Of a stretch of DNA of 64,000 nt, positions 30,342-40,247 are shown piece after piece; position 1 is the first letter of the stretch; each line of letters opens with the position of its first letter. The position numbers and the translations under genes were made by a program. Under the pieces are notes generated by a model. It did no database searches, was not told the origin of the DNA, and was given only the letters and a program-made list of their open reading frames with translations. Source of the stretch: Candidatus Cloacimonadota bacterium (GTDB lineage: Bacteria; Cloacimonadota; Cloacimonadia; G963667145); the NCBI GenBank assembly GCA_963676615.1, contig OY781092.1:1472001-1536000 (forward strand). The letters run 5' to 3'.

Positions 30342-30466
30342 TCTTCTATCTCTCGCTTTTTGAGTAAAAAATGAAAAGCAAAACCGTTTTTTTCTCTCCG
30401 AAAAATCTTGTCAAAAAAACTGGCGAAAAAATGTTTTTTGCAATCGAAAATTAAAGGGGAATTTTT

Positions 30467-31135
30467 ATGGGAAACGAACTTTTATGGTGCATTTTTATGC
30501 TGGTAAATTTTGGGCTGATTTTGGGATTTTATCGCTGTTTTGGCAAAGCTGGGCTTTACGCTTGGATTCCGATGGCGACGATTTTGGCGAATATACAGGT
30601 GCTGAAAACCGTTGAGATTTTTGGGCTTGTGGCGACTTTGGGTAACATTATGTATGCCACCAGCTTTTTGGCGACGGATGTTTTGAGCGAAAATTACGGC
30701 AAAAAAGCGGCAGCCAAGGGGATGTTTTTGGGTTTCGGCTCGATGCTGGTGATGCTGATTGTGATGCAGATTGCGCTTGTGTTTATTCCGCACGAGAGCG
30801 ACTTTATCCAAGGCAGCCTGCAGCAAGTTTTCGGCGTTATGCCTCGGATTGTCGCTGGGTCGATTATCGCTTATCTCATCAGCCAGGCTCACGATATTTG
30901 GGCGTATAGTTTCTGGAAAAAAAAGAGCGGCAAGATTTGGATTGCGAACAATTTTTCCACAATGATCAGCCAGCTGATCGACACTTTTGTGTTTGCGTTT
31001 ATCGCTTTTTTTGGCGTTTTTCCGCTGGATGTTTGGTGGCAAATCGTTCTGACGACCTATGTTTTCAAATGGCTTACGGCGTTGGTGGACACGCCTTTCC
31101 TTTACTTTGCCAAAAAAATAGGACAAAAGGTTTGA
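30467..31135 (+). CDS. Queuosine precursor transporter (YhhQ/VUT family)
   Basis: ANIQVLK, TDVLSENYG, AYLISQAHD, STMISQLIDT, DTPFLY. Confidence 0.9.
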   Translation: MGNELLWCIFMLVNFGLILGFYRCFGKAGLYAWIPMATILANIQVLKTVEIFGLVATLGNIMYATSFLATDVLSENYGKKAAAKGMFLGFGSMLVMLIVMQIALVFIPHESDFIQGSLQQVFGVMPRIVAGSIIAYLISQAHDIWAYSFWKKKSGKIWIANNFSTMISQLIDTFVFAFIAFFGVFPLDVWWQIVLTTYVFKWLTALVDTPFLYFAKKIGQKV

Positions 31136-31217
31136 CACAGAACCTGTTAGATAAGGGTATTGAACGGTAATCCTCAATTCGAGAGATTGAAAAATTTATT
31201 TTTTATCAAGGAGATTT

Positions 31218-32441
31218 ATGATGAGCGTAGCAAAGCAAATCATGGAATTGGCAGAGAAGTATAGAGATTATACTGCTAAAAATCTTGCCAAATTGGTGAA
31301 CATTCCTTCTGAGAGTATGCAAGAAGAGGGCGTGCAAAAAGAACTCAAAAGACAAATGGAAGAGGCTGGTTTCGACGAAGTTGTAATCGACGGTCTTGGC
31401 AATGTTTTGGGTCGTGTTGGTAATGGTCCAATCGTTTTGGCTGTGGACGGACATATGGACACAGTAGGCGTTGGAAATATGGACAACTGGGATTTCGATC
31501 CTTATTGCGGAACTATCAAAGACGGCAAAATCTTTGGTCGTGGCACAGTTGACCAAGAAGGCGGACCTGCTGCAGCGGTTACCTCTGGTCGCATCCTCAA
31601 AGAGCTCGGACTTGGCGAAAAAGTTACTTTCTGGGTTGTTGGTTCTGTAATGGAAGAAGACTGCGATGGTCTTTGCTGGAACTATATCGTAGAGGAGCAC
31701 GGCTTGAAGCCAGACTTCGCTATCTCGACAGAGCCTACAAATATGAACATCTATCGTGGACATCGCGGCAGAATGGAAATTGGCGTATCTTTCCGTGGAA
31801 TTTCTTGTCACGGATCTGCTCCAGAGCGCGGCAAAAACGCGATTTATATGGCGTCTAAAGTTCTTGTCGAAATCGAAAAATTGAACGAGAACTTGCAACC
31901 AGACGAGGGCAACTTCTTGGGCAAAGGAACTGTAACCGTTTCGCACATCGAGTCTGGTTCTCCATCGCTTTGCGCCGTTGCCGACTACGCTTACTTCCAC
32001 TTGGATCGCCGTCTTACTTGGGGCGAGACAGAGCAATCTGCTTGCAAAGAAATCCAAGACATTATCGACAGACTCGGCTTCACCAAAGAGGCAAAAGTTG
32101 AAGTTTTGGAATACAAAGAAAAAGCTTGGACTGGTCTTGAGTATGGAATGAAAAAATATTTCCCAACTTGGAAGTTGGAGGAGTCTGAGCCAGTTGTGCA
32201 AGTTGGCGTAAACTCTTTCAAAGATTTGTTCGGCAAAGATCCTAAAGTTGACAAGTGGACTTTCTCTACCAACGGTGTAACCATCAACGGTAAGCACAAA
32301 ATCCCGATGATCGGCTTTGGACCAGGTAACGAGGTTCTTGCGCACGCTCCAAATGAGTGGTGCCCAGTCGAAGACCTTGTAATGGCTTCCGCTTTCTACG
32401 CTATGTATGCAGTTAAATTGGGTGAAACCGTTAAAAAGTAA
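31218..32441 (+). CDS. YgeY-family M20 metallohydrolase
   Basis: DGHMDTVG, GRGTVDQEGG, VMEEDCDG, HGSAPERG, WTFSTNGV, AHAPNE. Confidence 0.9.
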   Translation: MMSVAKQIMELAEKYRDYTAKNLAKLVNIPSESMQEEGVQKELKRQMEEAGFDEVVIDGLGNVLGRVGNGPIVLAVDGHMDTVGVGNMDNWDFDPYCGTIKDGKIFGRGTVDQEGGPAAAVTSGRILKELGLGEKVTFWVVGSVMEEDCDGLCWNYIVEEHGLKPDFAISTEPTNMNIYRGHRGRMEIGVSFRGISCHGSAPERGKNAIYMASKVLVEIEKLNENLQPDEGNFLGKGTVTVSHIESGSPSLCAVADYAYFHLDRRLTWGETEQSACKEIQDIIDRLGFTKEAKVEVLEYKEKAWTGLEYGMKKYFPTWKLEESEPVVQVGVNSFKDLFGKDPKVDKWTFSTNGVTINGKHKIPMIGFGPGNEVLAHAPNEWCPVEDLVMASAFYAMYAVKLGETVKK

Positions 32442-32467
32442 TTTTCGCTTTTAGCAAAAAAATACCA

Positions 32468-32494
32468 AGGAGAGCTTTAGGGCTCTCCTTTTTT
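32468..32494 (+). terminator. Intrinsic terminator
   Basis: AAGGAGAGC-tttagg-GCTCTCCTT then a T run. Confidence 0.8.
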
Positions 32495-32558
32495 GTGCGA
32501 AAATTTGGCGATTATGATTTGACAAAAAATCACTGAAATCAACTTTTTTACTCGATAG

Positions 32559-32768
32559 ATGGGAGGACAAATGTGCTTTTCAACATTCATACAAAATAAA
32601 CCAAGTTTCTTTTCGGGAATGATGAGGATTTTTGATTTAGGGGCAACTTTTTCGCATTATGGTTCAGAGAAAAACCCAGAAGAGCTAGATAAAAAAGCTA
32701 TCTATTCTGATTTTTGTGCTGTCGACGAGGATTTGAGAAAATTTGTGGAAAACTTTGAAGAAAGGTAA
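32559..32768 (+). CDS. Small hypothetical protein at the head of the RM island
   Basis: TTGACA upstream; GGAGG before ATG 32571 (likely true start); protein-like PSFFSGMMRIFDLG...AIYSDFCAVDEDL. Confidence 0.6.
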   Translation: MGGQMCFSTFIQNKPSFFSGMMRIFDLGATFSHYGSEKNPEELDKKAIYSDFCAVDEDLRKFVENFEER

Positions 32769-32796
32769 TTTTTAGCAAAGTTGTTCTTTTAATGTA

Positions 32797-34029
32797 ATGA
32801 AAAATTTTTATGATAATTTAACTCCAACACAAATTCTCTTCAATCAAGAAGTAGAATTACTTTCTTCTGTAACTGAGTTGTTTGAGTTAGAAATGGCTTA
32901 TCTTGAATATAAGATGGTTTTGCCTAGTGAATATATTGAGAGAACGGCATACGCAAAAAGTTACAAAAATCAAGATAGCTTACATTTTTTAAGATATTCT
33001 GAAATTTCAGCTACAGTTTCGGAAAATCGTTCTTCAATAACCAATTCATATTTTAAAAATGGGTTGTTTTCAACAGGATATGCAACTCATAGTTTATTTC
33101 CATATAGAGGAAAGTTTCATCCTCAATTAATAAAAGGATTAATAAATATTCTTGGAATTAAAAAAGGAGAAACAATTTTAGACCCAATGGCAGGAAGTGG
33201 AACAACTAATGTAGAAGCAGCTTTGATGGGAATAAATTCTTATGCAATTGATATTAGTCCATTTTGCCAATTGATGACAAAAACCAAATACGAAGCATTA
33301 AGTATTAACTTAAAATTATTGCAAGAAGCAGAATTAAACTCTAATGAACTATTTGATTTTTTTAGTAAAAGTGATGTTTTAAATAAATTAAACAAGGTTG
33401 ATACAGAGAAACAAAAGCTATATAATCTTGCTCTATTGGCATTTTTAGATGCTTTGGGGTATTCAAAACGTGTTGTTCGTTCAAATCACAATCAATTGTT
33501 TGATAAAGTATTGAATAGATATGTTGGAACCGTTAAATCTCTTTTACAGAATAAACATTTCAATGGAGAGATTGGAAATGTAAAAGTTTTACCTAATTCT
33601 GATGCTTTAAATATTGAATTAGAGAACAATTCAATTGATGGAATAATTACTTCTCCGCCTTACTCTTTTGCAATTGATTATGTCGAAAATGACAAAGACC
33701 AATTAGAATATTTAGGGTATGATACAAAAGAACTAAAAAGTAAACTAATAGGTTTAAAAGGGAAAGGTAAAAAAGAAAAACTTGAAACATATTTTAATGA
33801 TATGGACAAGTTTTTAAGTGAAGCTTCAAGAGTATTAAAGACAAATAAATATCTTGTTATAATAATTGGTTCAAATACTAACCAGACAGGAGGGATAAGA
33901 CTTGAAGAAACAGTAATTAATTCTGCGAAAACATATGGGATGGAATTAGTAAAAAGTATTTTAAAACCAATTAAAGGGATGAGAAATACAATGAAAGAAG
34001 AATATGTCTTAATTTTTGAGAAGAAATAA
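32797..34029 (+). CDS. DNA methyltransferase, probably N4-cytosine
   Basis: YRGKFHPQL, motif I LDPMAGSGTT preceding motif IV ITSPPY. Confidence 0.9.
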   Translation: MKNFYDNLTPTQILFNQEVELLSSVTELFELEMAYLEYKMVLPSEYIERTAYAKSYKNQDSLHFLRYSEISATVSENRSSITNSYFKNGLFSTGYATHSLFPYRGKFHPQLIKGLINILGIKKGETILDPMAGSGTTNVEAALMGINSYAIDISPFCQLMTKTKYEALSINLKLLQEAELNSNELFDFFSKSDVLNKLNKVDTEKQKLYNLALLAFLDALGYSKRVVRSNHNQLFDKVLNRYVGTVKSLLQNKHFNGEIGNVKVLPNSDALNIELENNSIDGIITSPPYSFAIDYVENDKDQLEYLGYDTKELKSKLIGLKGKGKKEKLETYFNDMDKFLSEASRVLKTNKYLVIIIGSNTNQTGGIRLEETVINSAKTYGMELVKSILKPIKGMRNTMKEEYVLIFEKK

Positions 34030-34030
34030 T

Positions 34031-35005
34031 ATGAATAGAAGCACAGAAAATAAATTCCAAACGGTAATAGATAAAAACACCTTCTACTTTTTTAATCCAA
34101 AGTTTGAAGAAGACTATGAAGGTTATATAAACTCACTGAAAGAAACATTACTAAATGTTAAAAACAGAGTTGAAACAGAAGGACTGAAAAAAGAAATTTT
34201 TGAAGAATTAATTTCTGAAAAAGAAAATGGATTACGTGCATTGTTAGCATTATCCGGTTTTTCCAATGAATACCTAAAACGACTTACAACAATAATCAGA
34301 ATTGTAAATTATCCAGAGCTTAATAAATTGGTTTATAAGGATAAATGGTATGATGAAAAAAAACCAGACAATATTCAAGAATGGTCAGATAGCACAATTC
34401 TGAAAAAAATTAAAGAAAATGAATTCTTTAAAAAAGGTATTGTAAATATATTTTTTGAAGGTGCAACAATTCCATTTTTAGCTGATACAATTCCCTTGTT
34501 TGAATTGAAAAAACTGAGTATTTCAAAGTTAAAATTTGAAATACCAGAAATGATAGACAGTCTGATTAGATACAAGGAGAAAGGAAGTTATTCTGGTAAG
34601 AAAGGTAATAATCCAGAAATAATAGTTGAAGAAATTTTAAATAGATTAGGTATTCCTTTTGAAACAGGAGATTTAACTGAACTTATAGATAATGCTCCTG
34701 ATAACAAAAGAACTATGGATTTTATTATCCCGAATAAACACAATCCTTTGATTATAGCGGAAAGCTCATTTCTTGCTACTACTTCATCCGGGCAAGGAGA
34801 CAAATCAAAAACAGAAATTTCAATTGACAGTTTAATTAAGGAGCATTATCCAACTGCTTCGTTTATTGGTTTTGTTGATGGTATTGGTTGGTATGTGAGA
34901 AAAGGAGATTTGAAAAGAATGGTTACTGCTTATGAGGATGTTTTCACATTCCACCCTGATGAACTCCAAAGATTTGAAAAACTATTAATCGAAAAGCTAA
35001 AATAA
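34031..35005 (+). CDS. Type II restriction endonuclease, PD-(D/E)xK, DpnII-like C-terminus
   Basis: RTMDFIIP...IIAESSF..TTSSGQGDK...FIGFVDGIGW; flanked by two MTases. Confidence 0.75.
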   Translation: MNRSTENKFQTVIDKNTFYFFNPKFEEDYEGYINSLKETLLNVKNRVETEGLKKEIFEELISEKENGLRALLALSGFSNEYLKRLTTIIRIVNYPELNKLVYKDKWYDEKKPDNIQEWSDSTILKKIKENEFFKKGIVNIFFEGATIPFLADTIPLFELKKLSISKLKFEIPEMIDSLIRYKEKGSYSGKKGNNPEIIVEEILNRLGIPFETGDLTELIDNAPDNKRTMDFIIPNKHNPLIIAESSFLATTSSGQGDKSKTEISIDSLIKEHYPTASFIGFVDGIGWYVRKGDLKRMVTAYEDVFTFHPDELQRFEKLLIEKLK

Positions 35006-36660
35006 TGAGTGAAATAAAATACGAATTTTCAGGTATTGGGTCTATTATAAAAAACAAAGATTTAAAGGTGCCTATTCATCAAAGGCCTTATTCATGGGAA
35101 CAGGACAATGTTGAAGCGTTGTTGAATGATATAAAGTTAAATTTTAATGAGGATGAGTATTTTCTCGGAACAATAGTTTTAACAGAAAATGGTTCTATTA
35201 ATGAGATCGTTGATGGGCAGCAAAGAATTACCACAGTTTCATTATTATATGCTTGTATTCGTGACCTTTTTAGCGAAGATAAGGATTCCGAGGATATTCA
35301 AACAAAATATTTAAGTTCATATGATATAAGAACGAAAGACTACTTACCTAAACTTGAATTAAGTCAACAAGACAATGATTTTTATAGGGAACTTGTCATA
35401 AACAAAAATAATAGTGTAAAAACACAAAGAGGATCTAACGAAAAAATTCAAAGTGCATATAACTTCATAAATGATTATATTAAAAGGGTTTTATCTAATA
35501 ATAACGATGATGAAAATGTACTAATAGACTGGAAAGATTTTATTGATGAGAAATTAAAAGTCGTAACAATATCTGTTCCAACTGATACAAACGCTTTTAC
35601 AATATTTGAGACTCTTAACGATAGAGGTTTAGCATTAGCACAAATTGATTTATTAAAAAATTATTTATATAGTAAAGCTAATAATAGATTGGATGAGGTT
35701 CAAAAATCATGGCTTGAATTAATGTCAAAAATTGAATCAGAAGATGAAGGATTATTATTGACTTATATCAAACATTACTGGTTTACTAATTATTATTTTG
35801 TTCGGGAAAGAAATAATGAGCTCTTTAAAAGTATAAAATCAGATATTAAAACATCAACAGCAGTTACAACATTTGTTAATAATCTAAAAAATGATGTTGA
35901 CTTATATCTGGCAATTATAAATCATAATAGCTCATTATGGGATGGTTATGACAATGTATGCAAACAACACATTGAAACACTTAATTATTTTAACTTAGAG
36001 CAATACAGACCATTAGTATTTTCTATTTTAAAAAAATTCACACCGGAAGAAGTAAAAAAGTCACTAAAATTAATAGTGTCATGGTTAGTAAGAAACCTAA
36101 TTGTTGGAGCTATGGGAGGTGGAACATTAGAAAAAGCTTATGCGGAAAAAGCAAAAGCAATTTTTGATGAAAATATTAAATCTGCATCAGATTTAAGAGA
36201 TTCTCTTTCTTCGATTATACCACAAGATAAAGGGTTTAAAGAACAATTTAAAATTGCCAATGTTAGTAAAGCAAAGAATGCAAGGTATTACCTGGCTGCA
36301 ATCGAAAACTTCAAACGTGGAGAGAATAATCCGGAATTATTAGTGAACTTAAATCCTGATTCTGTTAATTTAGAACATATTCTTCCTCAAAACCCAGAGA
36401 ATAACTACCCAGAGTTTACAAAAGAACAACATTCTTCATATTATAAAAAAATAGGGAATTTGACATTAATGAAAACAAAAGAAAACAATGAATTTAAAAG
36501 CTCAAAGTTTAATGATAAAAAATTAAAATTTAAAGAATCGGAACTATGGATAACTAATTCTTTATCTGAACTTTCAAAATGGGATATTGAAGAAATTGAA
36601 AAAAGACAAAATGAATTGGCAGAATTAGCAATAGAAACTTGGAGTTTAAAATTTAATTAA
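35005..36660 (+). CDS. GmrSD/SspE-like DUF262-DUF1524 nuclease
   Basis: PIHQRPYSW, IVDGQQR, FETLNDRG (DUF262); LEHILPQ...IGNL (HNH-type DUF1524). Confidence 0.9.
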   Translation: MSEIKYEFSGIGSIIKNKDLKVPIHQRPYSWEQDNVEALLNDIKLNFNEDEYFLGTIVLTENGSINEIVDGQQRITTVSLLYACIRDLFSEDKDSEDIQTKYLSSYDIRTKDYLPKLELSQQDNDFYRELVINKNNSVKTQRGSNEKIQSAYNFINDYIKRVLSNNNDDENVLIDWKDFIDEKLKVVTISVPTDTNAFTIFETLNDRGLALAQIDLLKNYLYSKANNRLDEVQKSWLELMSKIESEDEGLLLTYIKHYWFTNYYFVRERNNELFKSIKSDIKTSTAVTTFVNNLKNDVDLYLAIINHNSSLWDGYDNVCKQHIETLNYFNLEQYRPLVFSILKKFTPEEVKKSLKLIVSWLVRNLIVGAMGGGTLEKAYAEKAKAIFDENIKSASDLRDSLSSIIPQDKGFKEQFKIANVSKAKNARYYLAAIENFKRGENNPELLVNLNPDSVNLEHILPQNPENNYPEFTKEQHSSYYKKIGNLTLMKTKENNEFKSSKFNDKKLKFKESELWITNSLSELSKWDIEEIEKRQNELAELAIETWSLKFN

Positions 36661-36661
36661 A

Positions 36662-37651
36662 ATGATTGAAAATTATATAAATAGAATAATACTAGGGGAT
36701 TGTTTGGAAACATTCAAAAAAATTCCCGATAATTCGGTAGATATGACATTTGCTGACCCTCCGTTTAATCTCAAAAAGAGTTATCGCTCTTACAAAGACA
36801 GATTAGAGTTTCAGGAATACTTGAATTGGAGTGAAAAATGGATTTCCGAAATGGTAAGAGTTACAAAGCCAACAGGTTCTATTTTTGTTCATAATATTCC
36901 TAAATGGTTAACTTATTATGCTACATTCCTAAATGAATTCGCTCATTTCAAACATTGGATTTCATGGGATGCTCCAACTGCTCCGATGGGTAAATCATTA
37001 CAACCAGCAAATTATGGTATTTTGTTTTATGGGAAAGAAGAAAAGGGAACAAAAATTAATGAATTAAGATACCCACACAAAAGAGATAGGAAACAAGGTT
37101 ATTTGTTAAAAGATTATGGAGGAAAAAAAGATAAATTACATCCTTTTGGACCCTTGATTTCTGATGTTTGGACTGATATCCATAGAATAAAGCACAACAA
37201 AAAAAGAGACCCACATCCTTGTCAATTACCAATCCACCTTTTGGATAGATTAATATTACTTTCAACAGATGAAAATGATATTGTTCTTGACCCATTTTCT
37301 GGAACAGGAACAACTGCAATATCTGCAAAACGACTTGGTCGAAAATATATTGGTTTAGAATTAGACCCTGATTATGTAAGAATATCGCAAGAGAAACTAG
37401 ATTATGTAGAACCTAATTATAAACTTGGTGACAGCTATGTGAGTTTTTATTTAAAAGATATTGTAACAATTAGGAATAAAGATTGGGAACAACTTATTGA
37501 ATATTTTGATATTCCTGAACCTATGAAAACAATCGACTATGCAAAAACAAAATTGAAGGATAAAAGATTGCTACCAAAAGCTGAAGAAATTGTTTATAAG
37601 GTTAGAAAATACAGTTCAGAAATGGCTATTGAAAATACGGTCATTCTATGA
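36662..37651 (+). CDS. DNA methyltransferase, beta class, probably N6-adenine
   Basis: Motif IV FADPPFN before HPCQLP and motif I VLDPFSGTGTT. Confidence 0.92.
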   Translation: MIENYINRIILGDCLETFKKIPDNSVDMTFADPPFNLKKSYRSYKDRLEFQEYLNWSEKWISEMVRVTKPTGSIFVHNIPKWLTYYATFLNEFAHFKHWISWDAPTAPMGKSLQPANYGILFYGKEEKGTKINELRYPHKRDRKQGYLLKDYGGKKDKLHPFGPLISDVWTDIHRIKHNKKRDPHPCQLPIHLLDRLILLSTDENDIVLDPFSGTGTTAISAKRLGRKYIGLELDPDYVRISQEKLDYVEPNYKLGDSYVSFYLKDIVTIRNKDWEQLIEYFDIPEPMKTIDYAKTKLKDKRLLPKAEEIVYKVRKYSSEMAIENTVIL

Positions 37652-37702
37652 TTTGTTAATTTTTGCCACATTATAAATGAAACAAAATTAAAGGAGAATT
37701 TT

Positions 37703-38407
37703 ATGCAACAAAATGCAGTTTATACAAATCAAGCGGCGGAGCAGTCGCTGGTGGCTCGCTTTATGTACGCCACATATCTGTGGATGGGCATCGGGCTTTT
37801 CATCACGGGGCTTGTGGCGATGATTGTCGCTTCCAGCCAAACTTTGCTCTCGTTTTTCTACTACAACCGCTTCTTGCTTTTTGGCGTGATGATCGCAGAG
37901 TTGGCGCTGGTATTTTACCTGGCGTCTCGCATAATGAAAATGGAATACAGCAAAGCCCGCAACCTGTTTTTGGTTTATGCGGCTCTCAACGGAATCTCGA
38001 TGGCAGGCATCTTTATCGTTTACACCGGCTCGACCATCGCCTCGGCATTCTTCGTAACGGCTGGCACTTTTGGCGCGATGTGCCTCTACGGCTATATCAC
38101 CAAAACCGACCTTTCCAGATTTGGCAACATCTTATTTATGGGGCTCATCGGCATCGTAATCGCCTCAATCGTGAATATGTTCGTCGCCTCCAGCGCCCTG
38201 AGCAAAGCTATCTCTTACCTCGGCGTGCTGCTATTTTGCGCAATCACCGCCTACGACACACAATATTTGAAGCGAATCGCGCTCTCCACAGACGACGAAA
38301 GCTCGCTCCTCAAGCTCTCGCTCTTTGGGGCGTTGAAGCTGTATCTGGACTTCATCAATATGTTTATTTTTATTTTGCGCATAATGGGTATGGGCAATCG
38401 AGACTAA
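37703..38407 (+). CDS. Bax inhibitor-1/YccA family membrane protein
   Basis: 7 TM, TKTDLS, TAYDTQ, ALKLYLDFINMF. Confidence 0.93.
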   Translation: MQQNAVYTNQAAEQSLVARFMYATYLWMGIGLFITGLVAMIVASSQTLLSFFYYNRFLLFGVMIAELALVFYLASRIMKMEYSKARNLFLVYAALNGISMAGIFIVYTGSTIASAFFVTAGTFGAMCLYGYITKTDLSRFGNILFMGLIGIVIASIVNMFVASSALSKAISYLGVLLFCAITAYDTQYLKRIALSTDDESSLLKLSLFGALKLYLDFINMFIFILRIMGMGNRD

Positions 38408-38429
38408 AAAATCTTTTTAAGGAGAAATT

Positions 38430-38807
38430 ATGAAAGAGTTGATCAAAACAGACAAAGCCCCTGCGGCTATCGGACCTTACTCGCAAGCGGCGAAAGTTGG
38501 GAACTTGCTATTCGTTTCGGGACAGTTGCCGCTGGATCCAGCCACGATGGAATTTGCAGGAGACGACATCGCCAGCCAAACCGAGCAATCGCTAAAAAAT
38601 CTTGTGGCAATCGTTGAGGCAGCAGGCTCTTCTATCGAAAAAATCGTGAAAGTGAACATCTTTTTGGCAGACATCAAAGAGTTCGCCGCAATGAACGAGG
38701 TTTACGCAAAATTTTTCACAACAAATCCGCCAGCTCGTGCAGCGGTGGAGGTTGCGAACTTGCCAAAATACGCCAAAGTTGAGATTGAGGCTGTGGCTGA
38801 GTGTTAA
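38430..38807 (+). CDS. ridA: RidA family enamine/imine deaminase
   Basis: APAAIGPYSQA, VSGQLP, MNEVY, PARAAVEV..LPK..VEIE. Confidence 0.95.
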   Translation: MKELIKTDKAPAAIGPYSQAAKVGNLLFVSGQLPLDPATMEFAGDDIASQTEQSLKNLVAIVEAAGSSIEKIVKVNIFLADIKEFAAMNEVYAKFFTTNPPARAAVEVANLPKYAKVEIEAVAEC

Positions 38808-39577
38808 CATATCCAAAATTCGACCCCACTATCATCCGCATCGGCTTTTTGCAGGTGCGTTGGTATGGGGTTTGTTATTTGGTCAGCATAATTTTTGGCT
38901 ACTTTTTCTATCGGAAAACTTTGCTCTCTCGCGGCGTTGAAATCAGCAAAAAAGATTACGAAGACCTAATCTTCTTCGTCGTTTTGGGCATAATCTTCGG
39001 CGGGCGCTTCGGCTATGTTTTGTTTTATAACCTCTCGTATTACCTCAAAAATCCGTTGGAAATTTTGGCAGTTTGGCACGGAGGAATGAGCTTCCACGGC
39101 GGCGCTCTGGGCGTAATGATTTTTGGTGGCTACTTCGCCTACAAACATCGCTACAGCTTTAGCAAATTGGCAGACGCCATAACGCCATATTTGGCAGTCG
39201 GACTAGGAATGGGACGCCTTGGCAATTTCATCAACGGCGAGCTTTTCGGCAGAATCTCTGATGTCCCCTGGGCGATGGTTTTTCCCACAGGCGGCGTGCT
39301 GCCTCGTCATCCCTCGCAGCTATATGAGCTCTTTTTGGAAGGAATCGTCTTAGGGCTGATTTGCTGGTTCGCCCTCAAAAAAATCAAGACAGACGGCGTC
39401 GTCTTTTGGCTGTTCATCGGTCTCTACGGCGTCTTTCGAATGTTTGTCGAAAACTTCCGCCAGCCAGATGCACAGCTGGGCTTCATCCTCTTTGGTTGGC
39501 TCACAATGGGGCAACTTTTGAGCTTCCTGATGATTTTCGTGGCGGTTGTTATGATTGTCCAAAAATATCGACGCTAG
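38801..39577 (+). CDS. lgt: Prolipoprotein diacylglyceryl transferase
   Basis: VRWYG, GGMSFHGG, GRLGNFINGE, RHPSQLYE, RQPD. Confidence 0.96.
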   Translation: MLTYPKFDPTIIRIGFLQVRWYGVCYLVSIIFGYFFYRKTLLSRGVEISKKDYEDLIFFVVLGIIFGGRFGYVLFYNLSYYLKNPLEILAVWHGGMSFHGGALGVMIFGGYFAYKHRYSFSKLADAITPYLAVGLGMGRLGNFINGELFGRISDVPWAMVFPTGGVLPRHPSQLYELFLEGIVLGLICWFALKKIKTDGVVFWLFIGLYGVFRMFVENFRQPDAQLGFILFGWLTMGQLLSFLMIFVAVVMIVQKYRR

Positions 39578-39584
39578 GCAAAAA

Positions 39585-40160
39585 ATGCGGGCAAAAACTT
39601 TCTGGAAAGCGCTGATTTGCAGTGCTTTCCTTTTTTTCTGTGGATGTAGCGTGAGTGTCAGCCAGTTTGCGCCGCAAGAGCTGCAAAACCAAGCAGAAAA
39701 ATGGCAATCTATCACCCTTAGAGGCGATGCCACGCTCTGGGAAGACGGCAAAAAGCTGCGCCAAAAATTTTTCCTTAAAAAGCAAGACAGTTCGCTACAG
39801 ATGCTTTGCTATGGCGGCGGAGTCGCAGGATTTACGCCCACGCCGACTTTGTCTGTGCAGGTCACTGGCTCGCAAGTCAGCTATCGCACCAAAACCGTAA
39901 ACGGGCAGTTGACGCCCGACGACAAGCAAACCAAGTCGCTCTACGCGTTGATTTATGCTCTGGCGAACTTGCAACAAATTTATCAAACTCGGCAAATGTC
40001 TATCGGCAAAGCGGCGATAACTCTGGACAATCTGGGCAATCCCAGCAAAATCTCCTGCGGCGGTGTCGTTTTGCAGCTGCAATACAACGATAGCCAGCTA
40101 AGCGGGTTGGAGATGTTTTTTGGCTTTCGGAAAGTTTTGCAGGCGAGCTTCCCCAATTAA
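39585..40160 (+). CDS. Hypothetical lipoprotein
   Basis: MRAKTFWKALICSAFLFFCGC signal/lipobox, beta-rich body, 7 bp after lgt. Confidence 0.7.
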   Translation: MRAKTFWKALICSAFLFFCGCSVSVSQFAPQELQNQAEKWQSITLRGDATLWEDGKKLRQKFFLKKQDSSLQMLCYGGGVAGFTPTPTLSVQVTGSQVSYRTKTVNGQLTPDDKQTKSLYALIYALANLQQIYQTRQMSIGKAAITLDNLGNPSKISCGGVVLQLQYNDSQLSGLEMFFGFRKVLQASFPN

Positions 40161-40247
40161 GAGTTGACAGACGAGCAAAATGCTTCTTTTTGGCTTTCAA
40201 AAGAGTGAAAATTTTTGAAAAAAATTAACAAATTTAATTAGGAATTT

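Noticed and set aside
30342..30466. preQ1 riboswitch upstream of the YhhQ-family transporter
   Set aside because: Expected from context, but no preQ1 stem-loop consensus is visible.
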